A stretch of 39,089 nucleotides of DNA from positions 1 through 39,089 of the IMG/VR virus record IMGVR_UViG_3300031841_001383. One strand, given 5' to 3'. The notes beneath the pieces were generated by a model. It had not been told where the DNA came from, did no database searches, and saw only the letters and a program-made list of their open reading frames with translations. A program made the position numbers and the translations under genes. The DNA is from a virus. Its lineage: Duplodnaviria > Caudoviricetes. Shown here in pieces: positions 17,132-25,919 of the stretch; position 1 is the first letter of the stretch, and every line of letters begins with the position of its first letter.

Positions 17132-17416
17132 TTATTTAAGGCGAATAACCATCTGTTGGTTTTTCTGGACCTTGTTCGCTTCAAACCAGTCGTCGCCAAC
17201 TTTTGCTTTCCATGCAGCAGCAGGGACATAATATTCTGGCTTTGGTGTTTCGAGAGTGAAAGCATCTGAATGAACGCCAGAACGAATTTCTGCTTCAAAA
17301 GCGGCTCTTGCTTTCTTGGCCTCTTTTTCGGCTAAGAGCAGGCTAGCGTATTTTGCTTGCTTGTTCCTTGTTACGGTCATTGGGCGACCAACTGGCTTTT
17401 TGATTGCTTTTGTCAT
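17132..17416 (-). CDS. Basic hypothetical protein, first gene of the inverted island
   Basis: RBS aggag; KKPVGRP AT-hook-like N-terminus. Confidence 0.7.
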   Translation of the reverse strand: MTKAIKKPVGRPMTVTRNKQAKYASLLLAEKEAKKARAAFEAEIRSGVHSDAFTLETPKPEYYVPAAAWKAKVGDDWFEANKVQKNQQMVIRLK

Positions 17417-17450
17417 TTTATTCTCCTGTTTTTAATGACGTTATATCTAA

Positions 17451-17479
17451 GATATAATCACACTATCCCATATAGTCAA
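17451..17479 (-). promoter_or_regulatory. Sigma70-like promoter of island unit 1
   Basis: TTGACT-N17-TATATC; ATGGGA half-site in the spacer; AT-rich upstream element. Confidence 0.65.
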
Positions 17480-17654
17480 GTATTAAATGTAAATTAATTT
17501 GGTTGTATACAACTTTTTTTTACAACCTATGGTTCACGGCCCCCCAAACTTGGGGTTACTTGCAGCATTATCTGTTCACGTTTTGTTCCAAGCACCCCCC
17601 GCCCCCCTAATATTGGGGGGACGGTCAGCAGTACAGTCGTGTCGTGTCGTTGGG

Positions 17655-17683
17655 TTGATAAATTCATTGGCATATATTATCGT
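17655..17683 (+). promoter_or_regulatory. Candidate promoter for terL (leaderless)
   Basis: TTGATA-N17-TATCGT ends 6 nt before ATG 17690. Confidence 0.45.
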
Positions 17684-17689
17684 TCGGGT

Positions 17690-19180
17690 ATGGAGAACAC
17701 AGCCAGCCTAGAACTACTGCCTGACGACGTGCTCAAGGAAATCTACCTGCTTGAGGAGCAGGCGAAACGTCTTGAGATGCGTGACAAAGCGCAAGAAGAC
17801 TTCATGTCATACGTCCACCATGTCTATGAGAACTTCATAGAGGGGACCCATCATAGAATCATAGCTGAAAAGCTAGAGCGTATCGCAAACGGTGATTTAA
17901 AAAGACTGATTGTGAATATGCCACCCCGACATTCTAAATCAGAATTTGCATCCTATCTCATGCCGTCCTGGTTTCTTGGCAGGAACCCCAAGTTAAAAAT
18001 CATTCAGGCTACCATGAATACCGAACTTGCTGTAAGATTCGGGAGAAAGGTCCGAGACCTGATCGCCGACCCGGTATATCGGGAGGTCTTTCCCAACACG
18101 GACCTTAAACAGGATAGCCAAGCTGCTGGTCGGTGGGAGACTAGCGTCGGCGGGGAATATTTCGCAGCAGGGGTGGGAGCGGCGATGACTGGTCGTGGCG
18201 CAGACTTGCTTATCATTGATGACCCGCACTCGGAACAAGATGCTTTGTCCACGACTGCTTACGATAATGCGTATGAGTGGTACACTTCGGGTCCTAGACA
18301 GAGACTCCAGCCGGGTGGCAGCATAATTATTGTTCAGACCCGGTGGTCAAAGAAGGATATCACGGGCAGGTTACTGTCTGCACAGGCCAAAGATGTAATG
18401 GCTGACCAGTGGGAAGTTGTAGAATTTCCTGCGATTATGCCGTCGGGGGAACCATTATGGCCTGAGTTTTGGCAAAAGGACGAGCTTCTCAAGGTCAAAG
18501 CTTCGCTGTCCGTGGGCAAATGGAATGCGCAGTGGCAACAAAATCCTACGTCCGAAGAAACCGCGATGGTCAAGCGGGAGTGGTGGAATGAGTGGGAAGA
18601 AGACGATGTTCCAGATTTAGACTACATAATTCAGTCGTATGACACCGCGTATTCAAAGAAAGAGACCGCTGACTACTCTGCGATTACGACGTGGGGTGTG
18701 TTCCGTCCGTACAGAAACGGGGAAGAACATCTGATATTGCTGGATGCAAAGAAGGGTCGGTGGAATTTTCCAGAGCTTAAAACCATAGCGAAAGAAGAGT
18801 TTGAGTATTGGGACCCAGAGTTGATGTTGATTGAGGCAAAAGCGTCTGGTCAACCGTTGGCGGATGAAATGCGGTTACTGAACCTCCCTGTTGCGACCTT
18901 TGCCCCCGGTCGTCGGAAGGGTGGGGGAGGTCTGGACAAGACAGCGCGTATGCATATTGTTTCGCCTATTTTTGAATCGGGCAAAGTGTGGTATCCTTCT
19001 GGGGAGAAATTTGCCGACGAAGTCATAGAAGAGGTTGCATCATTTCCTAATGGCGACCATGATGACTTTTGTGATAGTATGACAATGGCATTGATGCGCT
19101 TTCGCCAAGGCGGGTTTGTCAGGCTTGATGGCGAAGAGTTTGAAGACGATTACATTCCAAGAAAGCGGGAATATTACTAA
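17690..19180 (+). CDS. terL: Terminase large subunit
   Basis: NMPPRHSKS (Walker A), LLIIDDP (Walker B), QTRW, SYDTA, HDDFCDS nuclease motifs. Start reassigned to ATG 17690. Confidence 0.96.
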   Translation: MENTASLELLPDDVLKEIYLLEEQAKRLEMRDKAQEDFMSYVHHVYENFIEGTHHRIIAEKLERIANGDLKRLIVNMPPRHSKSEFASYLMPSWFLGRNPKLKIIQATMNTELAVRFGRKVRDLIADPVYREVFPNTDLKQDSQAAGRWETSVGGEYFAAGVGAAMTGRGADLLIIDDPHSEQDALSTTAYDNAYEWYTSGPRQRLQPGGSIIIVQTRWSKKDITGRLLSAQAKDVMADQWEVVEFPAIMPSGEPLWPEFWQKDELLKVKASLSVGKWNAQWQQNPTSEETAMVKREWWNEWEEDDVPDLDYIIQSYDTAYSKKETADYSAITTWGVFRPYRNGEEHLILLDAKKGRWNFPELKTIAKEEFEYWDPELMLIEAKASGQPLADEMRLLNLPVATFAPGRRKGGGGLDKTARMHIVSPIFESGKVWYPSGEKFADEVIEEVASFPNGDHDDFCDSMTMALMRFRQGGFVRLDGEEFEDDYIPRKREYY

Positions 19181-21567
19181 TGGCACTACCACCAACAGCA
19201 GTAGAAATGGCTATGGGTCCCGGCGGTCCGGCTATGACAGCAGAAGAACAAATGACCGAGGTCCAAGTACCAACAGGCGAGATGCTTCCAGAGGGTATCA
19301 TGCTTGCAGGTGATGAGGAGATGGTTGAGGTTCAGGCAGAAGTTTACGACCACAATGCGAACTTGGCTGAAGTATTAGACGACTCGATCCTCGGAACTTT
19401 GTCCTCGGACCTTGGTGGTAAGGTAGATGAAGACCAGTCTTCTCGTGAAGATTGGGAAGAAGCTATCTCCAAGGGCCTGACGCTTTTGGGGATAAACTAT
19501 GAAGAGCGGAACGAGCCTTTCATGGGGGCTTCTGGTGTAACTCATCCGTTGTTATCGGAGGCGGTTACACAGTTTCAGGCACAGGCTTACAAGGAAATGC
19601 TGCCGCCGGGTGGTCCTGTGAAGACACAGATTATAGGGCAGCAGTCCAAGGAAGTTGAAGATCAGGCCCAGCGGGTCAAGGACTTCATGAATTATCAAGT
19701 TACAGAGGTAATGGAAGAGTATGATCTGGATACAGACCAGATGCTTTTCTATTTGCCGATTACAGGTTCGACGTTCAAGAAGGTATACTTCGACCCGATG
19801 AGACAGAGGGCTGTGTCGAAGTTTGTACCTGCGGAAGATTTGATTGTGCCGTACAGCGCGACAGATTTACAGACTGCCGAGCGGTACACACATGTAGTTC
19901 GCATGAGCGAGAACGATATCCGAAAGCTACAAGTAGGAGGTATATATCGTGACGTATCACTCTCAGCTACTGAAGATGAAGAGGCTGATTCAACAATACG
20001 GGGTAAGGCTGATGATATCCAGGGTCTCCGTCCGGGTTACTCTGATGAGATGTTTACAATCCATGAAATCCATGTCGATTTGGACCTTGAGGGATTTGAG
20101 GATATGGATGAGATGGGTGAGGCGACAGGGATTAAGTTGCCTTACATCGTTACAATGGACGAAGGTTCCGGGCAGATTTTGTCAGTCGTTCGTAACTGGC
20201 GTGAGACGGATATACTCCGCCGCAAGCGTCAGTTCTTTGTTCATTATAAGTTTCTTCCTGGTTTTGGTTTTTATGGCTTTGGCCTACTTCATATGATAGG
20301 AGGGCTGTCTCGTGCAGCAACTTCAATACTACGCCAGCTTATTGATGCTGGAACTCTCTCAAATTTACCAGGCGGTTTCAAGGCTCGTGGTGTTCGCATT
20401 CGCAATGATGATGAGCCTGTTAATCCTGGTGAGTTCCGCGATCTTGACGCTCCTGGTGGCGATATTCGTAACGCCATTATTCCTTTGCCTTACAAAGAAC
20501 CATCTGGAACGCTTGCCCAACTTCTGGGAGTTGTTGTTGACTCTGGTAGAAGATTTGCACAAGTGGCAGACTCAAAGGTCGCTGACGTTAATTCGCAAGC
20601 TCCAGTCGGCACAACAGTGGCTCTCATCGAGCAAGGCTCAAAAGTAATTAGCAGTATTCACAAGCGGCTGCACTATGCACAGAAAAATGAATTCCGGCTG
20701 CTTGCTGAAATCTTTTCTCTGAATCCCGTGCCATATCCTTACATGATTGGACCAAATATTCCTCCTGAGATTATGGCGCAGGATTTCGACGGGCGGGTAG
20801 ACGTTCTCCCAGTATCCGACCCGTCGATCTTTTCTATGGCGCAGCGGCTGTCGTTGGCACAGACACAACTTCAGTTGGCGCAGGCTGCACCGCAGATGCA
20901 CAACATGTATGAAGCCTATCGGCGTATGTATGATGCACTGGATATCAAGAATATTGACAGCATTCTGCCCCCGCCACAGCCACCACAGCCTATGGACCCC
21001 GGCATGGAAAACGCAAACGTACTGTCCGGTCAGATGGTTCAGGCGTTTCCAGAGCAGGATCACATTGCACACATCCGTGTTCATGCTGCCATGCTGCAAC
21101 AGCCATCCACCGCAGCCAACCCGCAGGCATTTATGATGTTACAGTCTCACGTTCAGCAACATGTGGCGATGCATGCTCGTGACTTGGTGCAAGAGATGTT
21201 TAACGGCGTAATGCAAGAAGCACAGGCTCGTGGTGAGATGATACCACAGATTGACCCTGCTGCTCTTGAAGCTGCTGTTGCACAGCAGATTGCTGATACC
21301 ACAGAGGAGTTGGCTCCGGTTCTAACTCCACCACAGCAACCTGACCCGCTTGTTGCTATCCGTCAGCAGGAACTGGAGAACGATACGCAAGAGATTCAGC
21401 GCAAGGCGATGAATGATGCGATGGACTTCCAGATTGATCAGGCTCGGTTGATGCAGGCGTACGAATTAGCGCAGAAGCGTCAGCAGTTGCAGGAGCAGAT
21501 TGCTGAAGACCGTAACTTGGTCAACGTATATAGAATAGATACACAAGCTAACTTGAAGAGGCAATAA
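19180..21567 (+). CDS. Portal protein
   Basis: 795 aa directly after terL; HPLLSEAV, GSTFKKVYFD, GFYGFGL motifs; Q/P-rich coiled C-terminus. Confidence 0.9.
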   Translation: MALPPTAVEMAMGPGGPAMTAEEQMTEVQVPTGEMLPEGIMLAGDEEMVEVQAEVYDHNANLAEVLDDSILGTLSSDLGGKVDEDQSSREDWEEAISKGLTLLGINYEERNEPFMGASGVTHPLLSEAVTQFQAQAYKEMLPPGGPVKTQIIGQQSKEVEDQAQRVKDFMNYQVTEVMEEYDLDTDQMLFYLPITGSTFKKVYFDPMRQRAVSKFVPAEDLIVPYSATDLQTAERYTHVVRMSENDIRKLQVGGIYRDVSLSATEDEEADSTIRGKADDIQGLRPGYSDEMFTIHEIHVDLDLEGFEDMDEMGEATGIKLPYIVTMDEGSGQILSVVRNWRETDILRRKRQFFVHYKFLPGFGFYGFGLLHMIGGLSRAATSILRQLIDAGTLSNLPGGFKARGVRIRNDDEPVNPGEFRDLDAPGGDIRNAIIPLPYKEPSGTLAQLLGVVVDSGRRFAQVADSKVADVNSQAPVGTTVALIEQGSKVISSIHKRLHYAQKNEFRLLAEIFSLNPVPYPYMIGPNIPPEIMAQDFDGRVDVLPVSDPSIFSMAQRLSLAQTQLQLAQAAPQMHNMYEAYRRMYDALDIKNIDSILPPPQPPQPMDPGMENANVLSGQMVQAFPEQDHIAHIRVHAAMLQQPSTAANPQAFMMLQSHVQQHVAMHARDLVQEMFNGVMQEAQARGEMIPQIDPAALEAAVAQQIADTTEELAPVLTPPQQPDPLVAIRQQELENDTQEIQRKAMNDAMDFQIDQARLMQAYELAQKRQQLQEQIAEDRNLVNVYRIDTQANLKRQ

Positions 21568-22025
21568 TGGCTGGCATAGCAGGTTTACTCACTCAACTAC
21601 AATCGGCGTTTGATACGACGAATCAACAGTTAACTCAAAGTCTGGATAGAATCAGGCTGTTGGAAGAACAGGCTAGGCAAACTTCTCAGCCCTTTCAACA
21701 AACTATTGGTGGTTCGGTGCAAGCAACTCCAGGCCCCGCTGATGGTTCAGCCCAACCGGGTTTCAGTGCTGAACCAGGCACCCCACCTGGTCTAGGACAG
21801 ATAGAAGGTGGTTTTGACAACAGAGTCCCTATTTCTACAATGCCCACCCCGCCAATGTTCGGTGGTGGGAGGTTTCCTGGTTCGGGAGGTTTCGGAAGAT
21901 TTCCCGGTTTCTTTAACGGTAACCAACCTGTGCGCATCCCTTTTGGTAGCTTTGGACAACCACAACGTCCAGCATTTGGTGGGTTAGGCACAATGTTCGG
22001 CAATATTTTTAGGGGTAGAATGTGA
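21567..22025 (+). CDS. Coiled-coil plus G/P/F-rich low-complexity protein
   Basis: TAATG coupled to the portal gene; RBS gagg. Confidence 0.6.
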   Translation: MAGIAGLLTQLQSAFDTTNQQLTQSLDRIRLLEEQARQTSQPFQQTIGGSVQATPGPADGSAQPGFSAEPGTPPGLGQIEGGFDNRVPISTMPTPPMFGGGRFPGSGGFGRFPGFFNGNQPVRIPFGSFGQPQRPAFGGLGTMFGNIFRGRM

Positions 22026-22026
22026 T

Positions 22027-22407
22027 ATGTTTCAGGCTCTTATTGGACCCATTGCTTCACTGGCTGGATCGTTTGTTGAGGGTCAGGTATCCAAGCAAAA
22101 AGCGAAAGCAACTCTTGCGCAAACTGAGGCGGAAGCGAAAGCGGAGATAATGAAGACAGCAGCCACTCACGATTCCAAGTGGGAATTGATTATGGCTGAG
22201 TCTACAAAATCCTCAATCAAAGATGAAATAGTCACGGTGATTATACTGATTCCCGTAATTTTAGTTTTCATTCCGGGCATGGAACAGGTGGTCAAGAATG
22301 GCTTTGATCGTTTGAATGAGCTACCGGACTGGTATCAATATTTGGTTTTCCTTGTGTGCAGTGCCGCACTAGGAATAAAAGGACTGGACAAGTTCAGGAA
22401 GAAGTAA
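22027..22407 (+). CDS. Holin-like membrane protein (3TM/GTA-holin-like)
   Basis: SIKDEIVTVIILIP...LPDWYQYLVF...LGIKG pattern; basic C-terminus. Confidence 0.62.
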   Translation: MFQALIGPIASLAGSFVEGQVSKQKAKATLAQTEAEAKAEIMKTAATHDSKWELIMAESTKSSIKDEIVTVIILIPVILVFIPGMEQVVKNGFDRLNELPDWYQYLVFLVCSAALGIKGLDKFRKK

Positions 22408-22458
22408 TGGTATTTGATCATTCACAACGTACAACAGAAGAACAGGCGAGAAAGAATC

Positions 22459-22665
22459 GTGGCAGAGATAACAATGGAAAGATTTCTCAAGTGGAAGATA
22501 CTACCCCGCTTGATGATGATTGGGATGTCAATATCCGCTTGGCGGGTAGTGGAGTGGTTCATGGGATTGCCAGACCCTACTGCTCAACAGGCGGCTCTAG
22601 TTAGTGTCGTAACGGGCGTTTTAGCTGGTGCTTTTGCAGTTTGGCTCAACCACGAGAAGAGCTAA
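22459..22665 (+). CDS. Small two-TM membrane protein
   Basis: WKILPRLMM...QQAALVSVVTG; start (GTG 22459) uncertain. Confidence 0.6.
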   Translation: MAEITMERFLKWKILPRLMMIGMSISAWRVVEWFMGLPDPTAQQAALVSVVTGVLAGAFAVWLNHEKS

Positions 22666-23061
22666 ATGCCCAAACTGAGTGAAAATACGGAAGTAGCACT
22701 GCCACTTCGTAACATCATTTCTATGGTTGCCGCTGCATCTTTAGCAACTTTTGCCTATTTTTCGATTATCGAAAGATTAAATACCATTGAGACCAACATC
22801 ACGATGATGAAATCTGATTTGGAGCATAACACAGAATTTCGCATTAAATGGCCCCGTGGTGAAATGGGTAGCCTGCCAGCAGACTCAGAACAATTTATGT
22901 TGATAGAACACCTTGCCCAGCAACTTGATGAACTATCTAAGCAGATAGATGAAGGTCGTGCTCCACATGACCAGCAGCAGAAGCTTACGTTAGACTTTTA
23001 TGAAAAGCGCATAAGTAATCTTGAACAGAACATAGAGAAGTTGCGAAACGGTGATCACTAA
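22666..23061 (+). CDS. Membrane-anchored coiled-coil protein
   Basis: N-terminal TM segment followed by heptad repeats. Confidence 0.65.
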   Translation: MPKLSENTEVALPLRNIISMVAAASLATFAYFSIIERLNTIETNITMMKSDLEHNTEFRIKWPRGEMGSLPADSEQFMLIEHLAQQLDELSKQIDEGRAPHDQQQKLTLDFYEKRISNLEQNIEKLRNGDH

Positions 23062-23269
23062 AACAATGACATTGTTGCTGTATCTGAGCGGTGGTATCAT
23101 AGAGCACACCGGGCCTATGAACATGTCTGAGTGTTTGAAGATGAAACGTCAGATAGAACGTAACGGTTGGAAAGACAGGAAAGACACACGTTATTCCTGT
23201 GAGAAACGTCAGGTTGAAGTGGCTGTTGGCATTGATGGCAAAGAGTATATTGTAAAGCTGGTTGACTAG
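23051..23269 (+). CDS. Hypothetical protein
   Basis: SECLKMKR...YSCE two-Cys pattern; overlaps the upstream stop. Confidence 0.6.
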   Translation: MITKTMTLLLYLSGGIIEHTGPMNMSECLKMKRQIERNGWKDRKDTRYSCEKRQVEVAVGIDGKEYIVKLVD

Positions 23270-23293
23270 AAAAAAATAGTGTAGGATAGGAAC

Positions 23294-23770
23294 ATGGTTA
23301 GAATTAAACAGTTTGCTGATGACCTTGGCATTTCATACAACGAAGCAAAGAAGTTGGTTGATATGGGAAGAAACAAACAAGATTCTGGCAGTGACGCGCT
23401 TGATAAATCTCGTGCTCGTATGAAGAAGCGTCTTGACAAAATGAAGCAAGACCAGAAGGAAGCCGATCGCATTGCGAATGAGGACACAAACATGGTGTTA
23501 AAAGCTAAAAATGGCAAAGCTGCCACCGCTCCTGTTGAAGGTGAAACTCCAAGCGGTGCGCGCAAATACATTCCTAAAAAAGGTGGGACTCGTTTCGCTC
23601 CAAAAGTTCCTATGATGGAAGAAGTGGATCCCAATGTAATGTTAGGCAAAGGCAAAAAGTTGAAGCGTCGTGGCGATGACAAAGAGGTTATCAAAGCCGC
23701 TGACGGTGCTTTTGTCCGTGGCATGGGCCGAGCTTACATGGGTAACCCTAGAGCAACAAAGTTGAGATAA
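23294..23770 (+). CDS. Basic hypothetical protein
   Basis: Lys-rich; C-terminal KAADGAFVRGMGRA. Confidence 0.65.
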   Translation: MVRIKQFADDLGISYNEAKKLVDMGRNKQDSGSDALDKSRARMKKRLDKMKQDQKEADRIANEDTNMVLKAKNGKAATAPVEGETPSGARKYIPKKGGTRFAPKVPMMEEVDPNVMLGKGKKLKRRGDDKEVIKAADGAFVRGMGRAYMGNPRATKLR

Positions 23771-24948
23771 TGTCTTACAACGATCCCTTTGAAAGTGAAG
23801 GCACTGCTGGCACCGTCAACTTTGATGCTCCTGCTGGTAGTGGAAGATATGATAGTAGCGGTTTTAGTAGCGACAGCAGCGACAGCGGTAGCCCGACCTT
23901 TACTCGTGGAAAACCAGGGTCTCGTGGCGGCACTCAAATTTCAGGCAATACAATCTACGGCGGACAAATAATTAGTGATAAAACACTTGGTCGTAGTTAT
24001 GATTTTGAAAGCGAGGATTATCAGAAATATTTAGATGCTACAGGTCGTAGCATGCAAAACCCCTATGGTGACACTGGACTGTTTAGTGGCATTTTTGGTG
24101 CAGACAAAGTATACTATAACCTTGACCCTACTACAGCTAAAAATATCTTAGACGCAGGTTTTGATAGGTACAACGATTTTTTAGGACAAGACAGTATTTC
24201 TCAAAACAGAGGTTTTGGTAAGCTGTTTGGTGGTCCTGAAGGGGAGATGACAGCACAGGGCGAGGTTCGTGCACAAGTCCCAGAAACAACAACCGCAGCA
24301 AGTCTTTTAAGCTCTATCATACCGGGCGCAAGTTTTCTTCCCACTCCGGGCACAACATACGCTCCTATGGGAAGTACGAGTTACGACCCAGAGCGAGATC
24401 CAAGCGCAAATCAGGATCTAAGAAGTGGTCCTTTTAGTTTGTTAACAGATGCTTTGTCTAAAGGTAGAGAATTTATTTCTGATAGATTGAACCCTCTTCC
24501 TGATGCTCCGCCGTCTCGTCCACGAGCACCAGTTCAAGAAACAAGAAGGGACATCATAGATACAAGAACTCCTGCCCCGCTGACACCAGAACAAGAAGTT
24601 GCACAAATGGCAATGTACGAAGCTGAACCTTTGTACCCAAACATGACCAACTATGGTAAAAGAGACCCTGATTCTCTCCCTGCCACACTGTCTGCGGGTG
24701 ATTTTATTTTTTCAGATTCTGATCCTCCCCTTCCCCCTGCCACACTGTCTGCGGGTGATTTTGTTTTACCAAGCGGTGAGGTAATAAACACCAACAGAAG
24801 CTCTTTTAGTGGTTCTATTTTAAAAGACATTGTAGATGGAAATCTTTTTGAAACAGACTTTCTTGGTGGGCAGCTTAAATTTAGTCCTAAGTTTGATTTA
24901 AAACGTGGGTTTACAGGTGGCAATATTCAATTTAAAAAACGGTTCTAA
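23770..24948 (+). CDS. Hypothetical low-complexity protein, possible internal virion protein
   Basis: 392 aa, G/S/D/P-rich; internal 28-bp duplication; ends GGNIQFKKRF. Confidence 0.6.
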   Translation: MSYNDPFESEGTAGTVNFDAPAGSGRYDSSGFSSDSSDSGSPTFTRGKPGSRGGTQISGNTIYGGQIISDKTLGRSYDFESEDYQKYLDATGRSMQNPYGDTGLFSGIFGADKVYYNLDPTTAKNILDAGFDRYNDFLGQDSISQNRGFGKLFGGPEGEMTAQGEVRAQVPETTTAASLLSSIIPGASFLPTPGTTYAPMGSTSYDPERDPSANQDLRSGPFSLLTDALSKGREFISDRLNPLPDAPPSRPRAPVQETRRDIIDTRTPAPLTPEQEVAQMAMYEAEPLYPNMTNYGKRDPDSLPATLSAGDFIFSDSDPPLPPATLSAGDFVLPSGEVINTNRSSFSGSILKDIVDGNLFETDFLGGQLKFSPKFDLKRGFTGGNIQFKKRF

Positions 24949-24950
24949 AA

Positions 24951-25304
24951 ATGAAAATAGAAATTAAATTAATACCAGACGGGCTTGACCTTGCAAAAGA
25001 AATACAGGACGGAACTCCTGTAGACCAAATGCAGGACGCATGTCCTATTGCTACACAAGACGTTGAGACAAATGAAGAGAACCAGCGTTTTGCAATCAAG
25101 GACCATCAATACGGTCCAGCGATTAACCCGGAGGAAAGCTGTGGTGTTTGCGCGGCTTTTAATATTAGTCCCGAAATGCAGCAGTGTATGAAGGACGAAA
25201 CTGGCGAAGTGGGCTATTGCCAGTCATTGAAATTTATGTGTTCAGCGGCTAATTCATGCTCTATCTTTGCTCCCGGCGGACCAATGACAGGCATGGATGA
25301 TTAA
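24951..25304 (+). CDS. Cys-rich hypothetical protein
   Basis: CP...YGP...CGVC...C...GYC...FMC...C. Confidence 0.7.
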   Translation: MKIEIKLIPDGLDLAKEIQDGTPVDQMQDACPIATQDVETNEENQRFAIKDHQYGPAINPEESCGVCAAFNISPEMQQCMKDETGEVGYCQSLKFMCSAANSCSIFAPGGPMTGMDD

Positions 25305-25513
25305 TGGATATCGTAGATTTTATAACAAAGTATCAAAAAGTCTTGAATAATCGTATAGAAGACATTAGTGTTTCTATAACCAGTGGTAGTATTACTGATA
25401 TTGAAGACTACCGCGCAAGAGTCGGTGAAATACAGGGTGTCACCTTTGCTCTTGATGAACTGAAGACCCTGCTGACAAAGGCAAAATATATCAATGACGT
25501 TGATAGTACCTGA
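25304..25513 (+). CDS. Conserved small helical phage protein
   Basis: EDYRARVGEIQGV motif, which I recall as typically preceding phage GroES. Confidence 0.72.
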   Translation: MDIVDFITKYQKVLNNRIEDISVSITSGSITDIEDYRARVGEIQGVTFALDELKTLLTKAKYINDVDST

Positions 25514-25919
25514 GTACGTTCTCGCGCAACGCGAAGCGAAAGCAAAGGCCGAAAAGGCCGCAAAAGAAAAATCCCTGACAGAAAGAATTCCACAGCCCAC
25601 TGGGTGGCGCATACTTGTTATGCCGTACATGGGCCGTGAGAAAACTGATAGTGGGATTTACGTTCCTGATCAATCAAGAGAGCGCGAGGCTCGTGCTACT
25701 GTCGTAGCTTATGTGGTTAAGGTAGGCCCGTTGGCGTATCAAGACCCAGATAAGTTTGGTGGTGAAGCCTGGTGTAAAGAAGGTGATTGGGTGTGTATTG
25801 GACGCTACGCTGGTTCTCGATTCCAGATTGAGGGTGGCGAAGTGAGAATTATCAATGACGATGAAGTCATTGCAACCATCGTTGATCCTGACGATATTAA
25901 AACGTATGGAGCGGCATAA
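25494..25919 (+). CDS. groES: Co-chaperonin GroES (Cpn10)-like protein
   Basis: PTGWRILV, KTDSGIY mobile loop, VVKVGP, GDWV, RYAG, RIINDDEVIA. Confidence 0.92.
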   Translation: MTLIVPEYVLAQREAKAKAEKAAKEKSLTERIPQPTGWRILVMPYMGREKTDSGIYVPDQSREREARATVVAYVVKVGPLAYQDPDKFGGEAWCKEGDWVCIGRYAGSRFQIEGGEVRIINDDEVIATIVDPDDIKTYGAA

